A stretch of 64,000 bases of DNA, taken from NCBI GenBank assembly GCA_965203115.1, contig OZ241859.1, positions 817,964 to 881,963 on the forward strand, in the 5' to 3' direction. How positions within the stretch are numbered: position 1 is the stretch's first letter; the number at the start of each line of letters is the position of its first letter. The position numbers were made by a program, and so were the translations under genes. This document shows, piece by piece, positions 32,509-42,805 of this stretch. The notes under the pieces are model-generated. The model did not search any database. It had not been told where the DNA came from and saw only the letters and a list, made by a program, of their open reading frames with translations. Source of the DNA: Tepidiformaceae bacterium. Its GTDB lineage: Bacteria; Chloroflexota; Dehalococcoidia; Tepidiformales; Tepidiformaceae.

Positions 32509-33627
32509 ATGTCCGATGCCACCACCACCCGTCTCTCCACGGAGGACGTGAACACCATCTACGGCGTTGCTTCCGACCTCGGCACGAGCGTCGAGCGCGT
32601 CATCGTCGGGAAGAGCGAGGTCGTCAAGCTGGCGCTCGTCGCCCTCCTCTGCGAGGGGCACATCCTCCTGGAGGATGTGCCCGGCACGGGCAAGACCACC
32701 CTCGCGAAGGCGATCGCGCGCTCCCTGGGCTGCTCCTTCAAGCGCATCCAGTTCACGCCCGACCTCATGCCTTCCGACATCACGGGCATCCACTACTTCG
32801 ACCAGAAGACGCAGGAGTTCGCCTTCCGCGAAGGGCCGCTCATCGCGCAGGTCGTCCTCGCCGACGAGATCAACCGCGCCACCCCCCGCACGCAGGCCGC
32901 CCTCCTGGAGGCGATGGAGGAGCGCCAGCTCACGGTCGAGGGCGAGACGACCTACCTGCCCCGCCCCTTCCTCGTCATCGCCACCCAGAACCCGGTCGAG
33001 CTCGAAGGGACCTTTCCCCTCCCCGAGGCCCAGCTCGATCGCTTCCTGCTGCGCCTCACCATCGGCTACCCCGGCGAGGACGACGAGGACGAGATCCTCG
33101 CCCGCCAGGAGCACACGAATCCCCTCGACGCGCTCCAGCCCGTCGTGACCGCCGCGCGGCTCTCGGAGATGGCGGACGCGCTCCAGCGGCTGCACGTCGA
33201 TCCGGCACTCCGCCGCTACGCCGTGCGCATCGTGCGCGAGACCCGCAACGAAGCCGCTTTCGAGCTGGGCGCGAGCCCGCGCGCGAGCCTCGCCCTCTTC
33301 CGCGCCGCCCGCGCCTACGCTGCCGTCAACGGGCGCGACTACGTCCTCCCGGACGACGTGAAGGCGATGGCGCCCCACGTCCTCCCCCACCGCCTCATCC
33401 TCTCCACCCAGACCCGCCTCCGCGGCCGCGAAGTGGAGGACCTGATCGCGGACGTCCTCGCGCGCGTCCCCGTCCCCATCGAGGACGACGCCGCCTCCTC
33501 GCGCGCCACCGCCTCGCCGGCGCGCCCGTCCCCGGCCGCCTCCTCGCGCCCCGCCCCCGCGGCGTCGTCCCGTTCCTCCGCACGCGACTCGTCGTCCGGC
33601 GACGAGTCGCCCTGGCAGCGCAGCTGA
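32509..33627 (+). CDS. MoxR-family AAA+ ATPase
   Basis: It has Walker A EDVPGTGKTTLAK, Walker B VVLADEINRA and the MoxR-typical LDRF motif, plus a Ser/Ala/Pro-rich C-terminal tail. Confidence 0.9.
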   Translation: MSDATTTRLSTEDVNTIYGVASDLGTSVERVIVGKSEVVKLALVALLCEGHILLEDVPGTGKTTLAKAIARSLGCSFKRIQFTPDLMPSDITGIHYFDQKTQEFAFREGPLIAQVVLADEINRATPRTQAALLEAMEERQLTVEGETTYLPRPFLVIATQNPVELEGTFPLPEAQLDRFLLRLTIGYPGEDDEDEILARQEHTNPLDALQPVVTAARLSEMADALQRLHVDPALRRYAVRIVRETRNEAAFELGASPRASLALFRAARAYAAVNGRDYVLPDDVKAMAPHVLPHRLILSTQTRLRGREVEDLIADVLARVPVPIEDDAASSRATASPARPSPAASSRPAPAASSRSSARDSSSGDESPWQRS

Positions 33628-33659
33628 TGTCGCCGCCACCCGGCCGCCGGCGCTAGCCC

Positions 33660-34871
33660 ATGGTCTTCCGCGACCTCTGGCTGCTCGCGGGACCGGTGCT
33701 CATCGGCGTGGGCGCCGGAACGGGCCAGCCCATGGTCACCGGCATCGGCGTCGTCGTGCTCTTCGTCGGCGCGTTCAGCCGGCTCTGGGCGCGCTACATC
33801 TTCCGGCGGGTGAGCGTGGGCGCCAGCCTCAGCGAGGCCCGCGCCTTCCAGGGCGAGAAGGTGGAGCTGCGCTTCGAGATGGAGAACCGCAAGCTCCTGC
33901 CCCTGCCCTGGTTCGACCTGCGTGTCGCAATGTCCGAGGAGCTCGAAATCGAGGGCGAGGAGCTTCCCGCGGCCTCCGCTCCGGGCCTCAACTGGCTTAC
34001 GCGGCGGGGCGCCCTCGGCTGGTACGAACGCAAGCGCTGGCGCCTGCAGGTCAGCGCGCGCGAGCGCGGCCAGTTCCAGATCGGACCCACCCAGCTTCAC
34101 TCCGCCGACATCCTCGGCATCTTTCCCCGCCACCTCGATGACGCCGGGATGACGCCCTACATCGCCTACCCGCGCGTCTTCGCCCTCGATGACCTCGGCT
34201 TTCCCGCCGATCGCCCCCTCGGCGAGTCGAAGGGCCGCAACCGCATCTTCGAGGACCCCCTCCGCATCGCCGGCCTGCGCGAGTACGAGCCCGGCGACCC
34301 GCTCCGCCGCATCGACTGGAAGGCCACGGCCCGCCGCGGCGAGCTGCAGTCGCGCGTGTACGAGCCCTCTGCCGTCCAGCATCTCTACGTCCTCCTCAAC
34401 ATCGACACGCTTGAGCACTCCTGGGAGGGCTACCTGAAGGACGACCTGGAGCGAAACGTCTCGATGGCGGCCTCGCTCGCGGTCTGGGCGACGGGCCGCC
34501 GCTACGCCGTCGGCCTGCTCGCGAACGGCTCGCTGCCCAACTCCGACCGGCCCATCCGCCTCGCCCCCTCCCGCGCCCGCTCCCAGCTCCCCCGCATCCT
34601 CGAGACGCTGGCCGTCGTCCAGCCCCTCACCATGGGCGACCTCAGCAGCCGCCTGCGCCGCGAGGCGAGCCGCCTCCCCCTCGGTTCCACCCTCATCCTC
34701 GCCGCCGCCTTCATCCCCGACGAGCTCGCGGAGGCCATGCGGCGGCTGCAGGACGAGGGCTACCGCGTCGCCGTCGTCGTCACCTCCGACCGCGTCGACC
34801 TCGACAAGCTGACGGGCTTGCCCGTTCGTGTAGCCGGGCGCCGCTTCGAGCAGAGCGAGGTGCTTGTGTGA
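33660..34871 (+). CDS. DUF58-domain protein (MoxR-associated)
   Basis: 403 aa with N-terminal TM helices and DUF58 motifs (LREYEPGDPLRRIDWKATAR). Confidence 0.85.
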   Translation: MVFRDLWLLAGPVLIGVGAGTGQPMVTGIGVVVLFVGAFSRLWARYIFRRVSVGASLSEARAFQGEKVELRFEMENRKLLPLPWFDLRVAMSEELEIEGEELPAASAPGLNWLTRRGALGWYERKRWRLQVSARERGQFQIGPTQLHSADILGIFPRHLDDAGMTPYIAYPRVFALDDLGFPADRPLGESKGRNRIFEDPLRIAGLREYEPGDPLRRIDWKATARRGELQSRVYEPSAVQHLYVLLNIDTLEHSWEGYLKDDLERNVSMAASLAVWATGRRYAVGLLANGSLPNSDRPIRLAPSRARSQLPRILETLAVVQPLTMGDLSSRLRREASRLPLGSTLILAAAFIPDELAEAMRRLQDEGYRVAVVVTSDRVDLDKLTGLPVRVAGRRFEQSEVLV

Positions 34872-36226
34872 TCCGTCGCGTCGCCCTCGTCCTCCTGCTC
34901 GCCGCCGAGGCGCTGGCCTTCTACACCGGCGGCGAGGTCGTCATGCGCATCCTGCCGGAGCCCGGGAACGAGCTCGTGAGCGCTCCCGGCTTCCTGGTCG
35001 TCGTCTTCGTGTCCTTCTTCGCCCCGGCGGCGCTCGACTGGTACGGCGTCGGGGCGGGCAAGCGGGCGACGGCGGTCGGCGTCATCGGTCTCCTCGTCCT
35101 CTACGGCGCCCTCCGCCTCCAGTACGCGGGCGACCTCGCCCTCTGGGACTTCGGCTGGCTCGCCGATTTCGTCGTTCGCACGGGCACGGTCAGGGACTGG
35201 ATTGCGCCCGTCCTCACGAGCAGCGTCCTCCTCGTCCTGCTCTGGGCGTGGGCGGCCTGGCGCTCGCGCAGCGGCGTCTGGATCGAGAACGCGCCCCGCT
35301 CCCTCGCCATCCCCTTCGCCCTCGTGACCCTCGCCCTGCTGCTGACGGCCGCGAGCGAGCAGGCCGAGGTGGTCACGCGCGGCGGCGTCGTCTTCTACGG
35401 CGTGGCGCTCGCGGCCCTGGCCTGCTCGCAGCTCTCCCAGAGCGGCGCGAGCATGGGAAGCCTGCGCTCGGGGGGCGTCACCACGGCGCTTCTCGCCGGG
35501 ACCGCCGCCTTTGCGGTCCTCGGCGTCGTTCTCGTCGGCGTCCTCCTCGAGCCCCTCGTCGATGTTCTCTCGGGACCTGTTGCCACGGTCGGAAGGGCGA
35601 TCGCCTGGTTCATTACGTACGCGATCTTCGTCCCGATCGCCTGGGTGCTCACGAACCTCTTCGATCTCCTCTTCGGCTGGCTGGGGGGCGACTCCGAGCC
35701 GGCGGAGATCCAGCTTCCCGAGCCGCCCATAGACGGCGAAGAGGGGCAGGGTGGCGAGTTCGACAGTGAGTCGCTGGCCGCCCGCGCGGCGCGCTACACC
35801 CTGGCGGGCGGCGCCATCTTCCTCGGGGTCGCCGCCGTAGCCGCGCTCATCTTCATCCTCGCCGTGCTGCGCCGCCGCGCCGCCGAACGAGGTCCGGAGG
35901 CGACCGAGGCCGAGCGCGCCGGCAGCCTCGGCGAGGACCTGCGCGGCGCCGCCCGCAACCTCTTCCGCCGCGGCGAGCGCCGCGAGCCCGCCGGCGAAGG
36001 CGTCACCCGCCTCTACCTGGAGGTGCTCGAATCGGCCCGACGGGAAGGGGCGCCCCGGGCCGAGGGCCAGACGCCGCACGAGTTCGCCCCCGTCCTCATC
36101 AGCGCCTTCCACCGCGACGTGACGGACGAGATCACCGCCGCCTTCGAGTACGCCCGCTACGCCGGGCGCCCCCCCGACGAGTCCACCCTCGCCGACCTCC
36201 GCCGCCGCTGGGAAGGCCGCGACTAG
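34868..36226 (+). CDS. Polytopic membrane protein with C-terminal DUF4129-like domain
   Basis: It has a GTGA overlap with the DUF58 gene and multiple TM helices. The C-terminus is ...LYLEVLESARREGAPRAEGQTPHEFA...FEYARYAGRPP. Confidence 0.7.
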   Translation: MIRRVALVLLLAAEALAFYTGGEVVMRILPEPGNELVSAPGFLVVVFVSFFAPAALDWYGVGAGKRATAVGVIGLLVLYGALRLQYAGDLALWDFGWLADFVVRTGTVRDWIAPVLTSSVLLVLLWAWAAWRSRSGVWIENAPRSLAIPFALVTLALLLTAASEQAEVVTRGGVVFYGVALAALACSQLSQSGASMGSLRSGGVTTALLAGTAAFAVLGVVLVGVLLEPLVDVLSGPVATVGRAIAWFITYAIFVPIAWVLTNLFDLLFGWLGGDSEPAEIQLPEPPIDGEEGQGGEFDSESLAARAARYTLAGGAIFLGVAAVAALIFILAVLRRRAAERGPEATEAERAGSLGEDLRGAARNLFRRGERREPAGEGVTRLYLEVLESARREGAPRAEGQTPHEFAPVLISAFHRDVTDEITAAFEYARYAGRPPDESTLADLRRRWEGRD

Positions 36227-36984
36227 CGCGCGTCCCGCAGCAGCGCCCACCCCTCGCCCTGCCCCACCACCCGCGGGACCGCCCCCGACGTGTCCTCACG
36301 CGCCGCGAACGCGATGTCCGCGTCAAGGCCCAGCGCCTTCAGCCCCTGCGCGTGGCTCCCCCCCGCGACCAGGCGCGCGCTGCGGTCCGTGCGCTGCGGG
36401 AGTCCCGGCGCGATCCAGTCCTCGTAGCCGGTGAGCTCCGCCGCCACGCCCGCCGCGTCCCCCAGCTCCAGTCCCGGGCTCTCCCGCGCGATCAGTTGCA
36501 CGAGCCGCGCCGCCGCCGCGAAGTCCTCCAGCGAGAAGCGCCTGCCCCCCGCGTTTCCGGCGCAGACCAGCGCCACCCGTTCGAACCCGGCCGCCCAGCG
36601 CGCCGCCGCCCCCGCGTTCGCGAACGCCGCCGTCGCCACCGCCCCCCGGCCCGCCGCCCCGCAGATCGCGCGCGTCCCGTTGGTCGTGAACAGCACCGCC
36701 CCCCTGCCGCGCACGTCGAGCGTGGCCGCCTCCGCGGGCGAGTTGCCGTGGTCGAAGCCCTCGGGCGGCAGGCCGCCCACCTCCCCGAACAGGACGCGCC
36801 CCTCCGCCCGCGCCCGTTCCCGCGCCGCCTCGATGTCGTCGACGACGAGCAGGTCCGACAGGCCGCCCTCGAACAGCGTCGCGATCGTCGTCGTCGCGCG
36901 CAGCACGTCGATCACGAGGAAGGCGTCCGCCTCGATCGCGTCGACCTCCGAGGGGAGCAGGGCCACGTCGAGCCGTTTCGTCAT
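36223..36984 (-). CDS. 2-phosphosulfolactate phosphatase (ComB) family protein
   Basis: 253 aa with ComB-like motifs (VIDVLRATTTIATL, GFDHGNSP). Confidence 0.8.
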   Translation of the reverse strand: MTKRLDVALLPSEVDAIEADAFLVIDVLRATTTIATLFEGGLSDLLVVDDIEAARERARAEGRVLFGEVGGLPPEGFDHGNSPAEAATLDVRGRGAVLFTTNGTRAICGAAGRGAVATAAFANAGAAARWAAGFERVALVCAGNAGGRRFSLEDFAAAARLVQLIARESPGLELGDAAGVAAELTGYEDWIAPGLPQRTDRSARLVAGGSHAQGLKALGLDADIAFAAREDTSGAVPRVVGQGEGWALLRDAR

Positions 36985-37052
36985 GGGCGCAGCATGCCCC
37001 CTGGACCGGTCCCGCGCACGTTCCGGGGCGGCGGCAATGCGGTCGAGGCCGT

Positions 37053-37856
37053 ATGCTTGAAGGGATGGACCCGCGACCCGTCGGCATGTTCGATTCCGGC
37101 GTCGGCGGGCTCAGCGTTTTCCGCGAATTCCGCCGTCTCGCCCCCCGCGAGCGCACCGTCTACTTCGCCGATACCGCCTACTTCCCCTACGGCCCCCGCG
37201 ACCCGGGCGAGGTGCGCAAGCGCGCCTTCGCCATCGCCCACCGCCTCGTCGAGTCGGACGTGAAGCTCATCGTCGTCGCCTGCAACACAGCCTCCGCCGC
37301 CGCCGTCGCCGATCTGCGCCAGCTCTTCGACCTGCCCTTCGTCGGCATGGTGCCCGCCGTGAAGCCGGCGGCGCGCGCCTCCCGCAGCGGCCGCGTCGCC
37401 ATCCTCGCCACGCCCGGCACCTTCGACGGCGACCTCTACGCCGGCGTCGTCGACGAGTTCGGCAAGGGCGCCGCCATCGAGCGCGTCGTCGGCCATGACC
37501 TCGCCGAACTGGTCGAACGCGGCGAGGTCGACACGCCCGCCGCGCGCGAGGCCGTGCGCGCCGCGCTCGCCCGCCCCGTCGCGAACGGCGCCGACATCGT
37601 CGTGCTCGGCTGCACCCACTACGAGTTCCTCGAACCGGCCATCACCGCTGAGTTCCCGGGCGTCTCCGTTCTCGGCACGGGCGAGCCGGTCGCGAAGCGC
37701 GCCTGTGACCTCCTCGAGGAGCTCGACCTGGAAGCGCCTCCCGATGCCGAGGGCGCCCTCGACCTCATCGTCTCCGGCAACCGCGAGGCCTTCCTCGAAA
37801 CCCTGCCCCGCCTCGGCTTCGCTCCCCGCGAGCAGGAAGCGGAGGCGCAGTCGTGA
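37053..37856 (+). CDS. murI: Glutamate racemase
   Basis: It has FDSGVGGLSV, ACNTASA and GCTHY motifs. Confidence 0.9.
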   Translation: MLEGMDPRPVGMFDSGVGGLSVFREFRRLAPRERTVYFADTAYFPYGPRDPGEVRKRAFAIAHRLVESDVKLIVVACNTASAAAVADLRQLFDLPFVGMVPAVKPAARASRSGRVAILATPGTFDGDLYAGVVDEFGKGAAIERVVGHDLAELVERGEVDTPAAREAVRAALARPVANGADIVVLGCTHYEFLEPAITAEFPGVSVLGTGEPVAKRACDLLEELDLEAPPDAEGALDLIVSGNREAFLETLPRLGFAPREQEAEAQS

Positions 37857-38617
37857 CGTCCTACGTCGAGCGCCTGACCCGGCGCAGCCGCGAGGCTGGC
37901 AGCTACGTCTGCGTCGGCCTCGACCCACCGGGCGACACGCCCGTCGGGGAGGTGGCCGAGCGGAACCGCCGCCTCATCGAGGCGACCGCTCCGTATGCGG
38001 CCTGCTTCAAGCCGAATCTGGCCTTCTACGAGCAGTTCGGCATCCCCGGCCTGCGCGCCCTCGAAGAGACCCTCGCCGCCATCCCCGACGGGATCCCCGT
38101 CATCGCCGACGCCAAGCGGGGCGACATGGGGAACACCGCCGCCGCCTACGCCCGCGCCCTCTTCGAGGTCTGGGGCTTCGACGCCGCCACCGTGAACCCC
38201 TTCCAGGGGCGGGACGCCGTGCAGCCCTTCCTCGACTACGAGGACAAGGGGGTCTACCTGCTCTGCCGGACCTCCAACCCCGGCTCCGCCACCATCCAGA
38301 ACGCGGCGCTCGCGGACGGCGCGCCCCTCTACGAGCGCCTCGCCGCCGAGATGCCGTCCTGGGGCGCGAACGTCGGCCTCGTCGTCGGCGCGACCGCGCC
38401 CGCCGAGCTTGCCCGCGTACGCGAGCTCGCCCCCGCGGCGACCCTGCTCGTGCCGGGCGTCGGCGCGCAGGGCGGCGACCCCGCCGAGGTCGTCGCGGCC
38501 GCGAAGGCGGAGTACGGACTCATGGTCGTGAACGCCTCCCGCGGCATCGCCGGCGCCCCCGACCCGGCCGCCGCCGCGCGCGACCTGCGCGACGCCCTCA
38601 ACGCCCCCGCCCCGTGA
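37853..38617 (+). CDS. pyrF: Orotidine 5'-phosphate decarboxylase (type 2)
   Basis: It has VCVGLDPP, KPNLAFYE and ADAKRGDMGNT motifs, and overlaps the murI stop. Confidence 0.9.
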   Translation: MTSYVERLTRRSREAGSYVCVGLDPPGDTPVGEVAERNRRLIEATAPYAACFKPNLAFYEQFGIPGLRALEETLAAIPDGIPVIADAKRGDMGNTAAAYARALFEVWGFDAATVNPFQGRDAVQPFLDYEDKGVYLLCRTSNPGSATIQNAALADGAPLYERLAAEMPSWGANVGLVVGATAPAELARVRELAPAATLLVPGVGAQGGDPAEVVAAAKAEYGLMVVNASRGIAGAPDPAAAARDLRDALNAPAP

Positions 38618-38805
38618 CCGACGAGGTGGCCGTCGGCGACGTCTGGCGGATGCGTCGCCGCCACCCCTGCGGCAGCTGGGAGTGGCGGGTCTACCGCGTC
38701 GGCGCCGATATCGGCCTCGCCTGCCTCGGGTGCGGGCGGCGCGTGATGCTCGAGCGCCGCCGCTTCGAGCAGCGCGCCAGGTCGCGGGTCTCCGCCGCCT
38801 CGTGA
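38614..38805 (+). CDS. DUF951-family small protein
   Basis: GTG at 38614 overlaps the pyrF stop. The sequence is VGDVWRMRRRHPCGSWEWRVYRVGADIGLACLGCGRRVML (CxxxW...CxxC). Confidence 0.65.
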   Translation: MTDEVAVGDVWRMRRRHPCGSWEWRVYRVGADIGLACLGCGRRVMLERRRFEQRARSRVSAAS

Positions 38806-40178
38806 GCGCCGCCCCCGCCTGGGAGGACGCGGCCGAGCCCTCCTCGCCCCCTGCCCTCCTCCAGCAGCTCCCGTTCCGCCGCCTGAGCACGTCGCGCTTC
38901 TTCGCCCGCGTCGCCCAGAACTCCCTCAACCTCGCCCTCGTCCTCCTCGTCCTCGACGCGACGGGCAAGGCCTTCTATACGAGCCTGCTCGTCCTCGCGC
39001 TCGTCGTGCCCATGATGGTCGCGGGCATCGTCGCCGGGGTCGCCGCCGACGCCATCCCGCGCCGCCTCATCGTCGCCCTCGGCAACCTCGCCCGCGCCGC
39101 CGTCTGCGTCGGCTTCATCCTCCAGCCCGGCGAGACCGGGACGCTCTACGTCGTCGCCGTCCTCCTCGCCGTTGTCGCGCCGTTCGTCGCCGCCGCCGAG
39201 GGCTCGATCCTTCCCTCGATCGTCACGCGCGGCGAGCTCGCCCGCGCGAACGCCATCGGTCAGGCCGTCGGCGGCGCCGCCCAGATCGTCGGGTTCGCCG
39301 TGCTCACGCCCGTCGTCCTGCGCGTCTTCGAGCGTGCCGACGTGCTCTTCGGGATCGTCGCGGCCCTGTTCGTGATCGCGGCCGTGGAGGCCGTCCGCAT
39401 CGGCCCCGTGGCCCGCACGCGCGAGGAAGCGGACGTGTTCCCGCCACCCGAACCCGAACCCGAACCCGCGCCCGAGCCCGCGACGATCGGGGCCGTGCCC
39501 GAGGCGATCGCCCCGCGCCCCGCGGAGGGCGCGTCCTGGTGGCAGGCGGGCTGGCGCGCCATGCGCCGCGACCCGGTGGTCTTCAAGGCCGCCATCGAGC
39601 TCACGCTCATCACGATGATGCTCATCATCCTCGGCGGCCTCGTCCCCACCTACATCCGCGATGTGCTCGAACTGCCCTTCGAGATCGGCGCCCTCGTCCT
39701 CACCCCCGCCGCCATCGGCGTCATCGTGGGGCTGCGCATCGCCGGGCCGCTGGCGCACCACCTGCCCCACGGACTGCTCAGCTCCATCGGGTTCGCCGCC
39801 TTCACGGGCTTGCTGCTCGCGCTCGCCTTCGTCAACGAGGAGGCCTCGTTCCTCGCCGGCTACGGCGCCTTTGCCTGGCTCGACGGCGTTCATCTCGGGG
39901 ACTTCGACGGCGGCGCCCTCCTCGCGATGACCATCGTCCTGCCCCTCGGCTTCGCCTATGCGATCGTCAGCGTCGCCGCCCAGACGGTGCTCAACGACCG
40001 CGTGCCGCTCGCCCTCCAGGGCCGCGTGGTCGCGACCCAGGGTGCGATGGCGGCGCTCGCCGCCTCGCTGCCGGTGCTGGGCGCCGGCGCCCTCGGGGAC
40101 TGGCTCGGCGTGCAGCCCGTCATGGCCATCCTCGCCGTCGCCATCGCCGCCGCCACGGTGGTCAACCTGCGCTCCTGA
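38802..40178 (+). CDS. MFS transporter
   Basis: GTG at 38802 overlaps the preceding stop. There are about 12 hydrophobic segments. A central loop carries a PEPEPEPAPEP insert. Confidence 0.8.
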   Translation: MSAAPAWEDAAEPSSPPALLQQLPFRRLSTSRFFARVAQNSLNLALVLLVLDATGKAFYTSLLVLALVVPMMVAGIVAGVAADAIPRRLIVALGNLARAAVCVGFILQPGETGTLYVVAVLLAVVAPFVAAAEGSILPSIVTRGELARANAIGQAVGGAAQIVGFAVLTPVVLRVFERADVLFGIVAALFVIAAVEAVRIGPVARTREEADVFPPPEPEPEPAPEPATIGAVPEAIAPRPAEGASWWQAGWRAMRRDPVVFKAAIELTLITMMLIILGGLVPTYIRDVLELPFEIGALVLTPAAIGVIVGLRIAGPLAHHLPHGLLSSIGFAAFTGLLLALAFVNEEASFLAGYGAFAWLDGVHLGDFDGGALLAMTIVLPLGFAYAIVSVAAQTVLNDRVPLALQGRVVATQGAMAALAASLPVLGAGALGDWLGVQPVMAILAVAIAAATVVNLRS

Positions 40179-40260
40179 GGCGGGCGCGCCTTGCCGCCCC
40201 TCGCCGCGCCCACCTATCATCGAGCCGATCGAGCCGGAACCTTCCGGCGGGGGGTGGGAT

Positions 40261-40794
40261 ATGCGCGAGATGAGCATCGAGAGCATCCGTCTCTCGCTGA
40301 ACAGCTACCAGCGCATCGCCATCCTTCGCGAGAAGGACACCGATCGCTACCTCACCATCTGGATCGGGCCCTACGAGGCCGAGAGCATCTCCCTGCGCCT
40401 CCACCACGTCACCCCGCCCCGCCCCCAGACCCACGACCTGCTCTGCAGCGTCATCGAGCAGCTCGGCGGGAAGGTGCAGTACATCCTCCTGAACGACCTC
40501 TCCCGCGATACCTACTTCGCCCGCATCGTCCTCGACGTGAACGGCGACGCCGTCGAGATCGACTCGCGCCCGTCCGACGCCATCTCCCTCGCCGTGCGCA
40601 CCGGCTCCCCCATCTATGCCGAAGAGGCCGTCCTCGACCAGGGCGGCGAGATCATCCGCGAAGGCGACGACCAGGAGGGTGTCGAGCGCGAGCCGGAGAA
40701 GCCCGTCGATCCCGCCGAGCTGGAGCGGCTGGGGCCGTTCAAGGACTTCATCGAGGGCCTCGATCTGAGCGGGTTCGACGATCCCAACCGGTAA
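40261..40794 (+). CDS. Bifunctional nuclease (BFN/DUF151) family protein
   Basis: The sequence is MREMSIESIRL...RYLTIWIGPYEAESISL...THDLL...IDSRPSDAISLA. Confidence 0.8.
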   Translation: MREMSIESIRLSLNSYQRIAILREKDTDRYLTIWIGPYEAESISLRLHHVTPPRPQTHDLLCSVIEQLGGKVQYILLNDLSRDTYFARIVLDVNGDAVEIDSRPSDAISLAVRTGSPIYAEEAVLDQGGEIIREGDDQEGVEREPEKPVDPAELERLGPFKDFIEGLDLSGFDDPNR

Positions 40795-40869
40795 GCGCGG
40801 GGCGGCCCCGATGCTCGCTTGCGCATCTCTTCACAATCACCCTATGATCCCCGCGGTTTGAGCGCGGTC

Positions 40870-41130
40870 ATGGCGAAGCCTGAGCGTGGCGGATGGATAG
40901 CGCCAACCGCTTACCTCATGGGAGCAGGCTGGTATTTCGCCACCTGCATCGTCGTCGGAATCGTGCTCGGACTCTGGCTCGACAACCTCACCGGGCTCGA
41001 GCCGCTCTTCATCCTCCTGGGGATAGTCCTGGGACTGACTCTGGCCATCGGTGGCGGAATCCGCATGCTTCTCCCCTTCATGAAACGCTTTGGCGGTGGC
41101 GCCAACGGCGCCGACGGCGGTAGCGAGTGA
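40870..41130 (+). CDS. AtpZ/AtpI-like small membrane protein of the atp operon
   Basis: ATG at 40870. It has two TM helices (GWYFATCIVVGIVLGLWLDNLTG; LFILLGIVLGLTLAIGGG) and lies immediately upstream of atpB with an overlap. Confidence 0.6.
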   Translation: MAKPERGGWIAPTAYLMGAGWYFATCIVVGIVLGLWLDNLTGLEPLFILLGIVLGLTLAIGGGIRMLLPFMKRFGGGANGADGGSE

Positions 41131-42437
41131 GAAGGTTCAGGCTCCCTCTCATCATCATCGCCGCGCTCGCGTGGATCGTCGTCGGCCTGATCGTCGCCCG
41201 CGGTCCCCAGCCCGAGATCATCGTTCCCGCCGAGGTCATCACCAGGGTCGGCTTCCTCAACATCTCGAACACGATGATCTCCGCCTGGGCGGCGATGTTC
41301 ATCCTCCTCGTCGTCTGCGTCCTCGCCACGCGCACGATGAGGCTCATCCCCACCGGCGCCCAGAACTTCGTCGAGTCCGTCGTCGAGTTCCTGATGGGTC
41401 AGCTGGAAGACATCGCCGGCACCAGCAACGCCCGCCGCTTCTTCCCCGTCATCGCCACCTTCTTCATCTTCATCCTCCTCTCCAACTGGATGGGCCTCCT
41501 CCCCTTCTTCAACGCCATCGGCAAGACGGAGGACATCGGCGTGGAGGTCTTCCACTACATCGAGGAGCACCACGTCGAAAACGAGCCCTTCAAGGAGGAG
41601 ATCGCGCACTCCTCCGGCTGGCTGGTCGACAACGTCGGAATCGGCCTCGTCCTGCCGAACGCCGACGACGCCCACTTCGAGATGGGCGCCACGCCCGCGA
41701 CGCCCGTCTCCGCCGGACAGGCGCTCGACAAGTACATCGTCTTCCTGGCCCAGACCTTCACCGACTTCGACCCCGGGGACTACCTTGAGGATGCGGGCGG
41801 CCACGGCGCCATCGAGGTCACGCCCGCCATGCTGCAGGCGGCCCGAGACGCCCTCAACGCCGACCCCGACGCGCCCAAGCTCCTCCCCGCCACGGAGAAG
41901 CATGCCGTCCCGAGCGCAGCCCTTGGCGACGACCTCGTCGTGAGCGGCATCGACTTCCCCGGTCAGAAGCTGGCGCTCATCATCCCGCTCTTCCGCTCCG
42001 TCTACAGCGACGTGAACAACACGATCGCGCTCGCCCTCATCTCGTTCGTGATGGTCGAGTGGTGGGGCCTGCGCACGCTCGGCTTCAGCTACCTCGGGAA
42101 GTTCTTCAACTTCAGCGGCGCCATCCCCTTCTTCGTGGGCATCCTCGAGCTGCTCTCGGAGTTCATCCGCATCGTCAGCTTCGCCTTCAGGCTTTTCGGC
42201 AACATCTTCGCCGGGGAGGTGCTCATATTAATGCTCACCTTCCTCCTGCCCTTCCTCATCGTCGACATCATCTATGGCCTGGAGCTCTTCGTCGGCTTCA
42301 TCCAGGCCGCGGTCTTCGCGCTCCTCACGCTCGTGTTCGCCGTCATGGCGGTCGAGCACCACGACGAGGAGCACGAGGGCCACGAAGGCGAAGCCGGCCA
42401 CGCCGACATGGAATCCCAGGGGAGCCCGGGGCAGTAG
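41127..42437 (+). CDS. atpB: F0F1 ATP synthase subunit a, unusually long (436 aa)
   Basis: It keeps the conserved a-subunit elements LLSNWMGLLPF, SDVNNTIALA and the essential Arg region FAFRLFGNIFAGE. It also carries a roughly 150-aa insert (41517-41981) and a His/Glu-rich tail. Confidence 0.85.
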   Translation: MRRFRLPLIIIAALAWIVVGLIVARGPQPEIIVPAEVITRVGFLNISNTMISAWAAMFILLVVCVLATRTMRLIPTGAQNFVESVVEFLMGQLEDIAGTSNARRFFPVIATFFIFILLSNWMGLLPFFNAIGKTEDIGVEVFHYIEEHHVENEPFKEEIAHSSGWLVDNVGIGLVLPNADDAHFEMGATPATPVSAGQALDKYIVFLAQTFTDFDPGDYLEDAGGHGAIEVTPAMLQAARDALNADPDAPKLLPATEKHAVPSAALGDDLVVSGIDFPGQKLALIIPLFRSVYSDVNNTIALALISFVMVEWWGLRTLGFSYLGKFFNFSGAIPFFVGILELLSEFIRIVSFAFRLFGNIFAGEVLILMLTFLLPFLIVDIIYGLELFVGFIQAAVFALLTLVFAVMAVEHHDEEHEGHEGEAGHADMESQGSPGQ

Positions 42438-42767
<330 letters not shown>

Positions 42768-42805
42768 CCCGGCGGAAACGCCAATCGGGAAGAAGGGAGC
42801 TCGCG

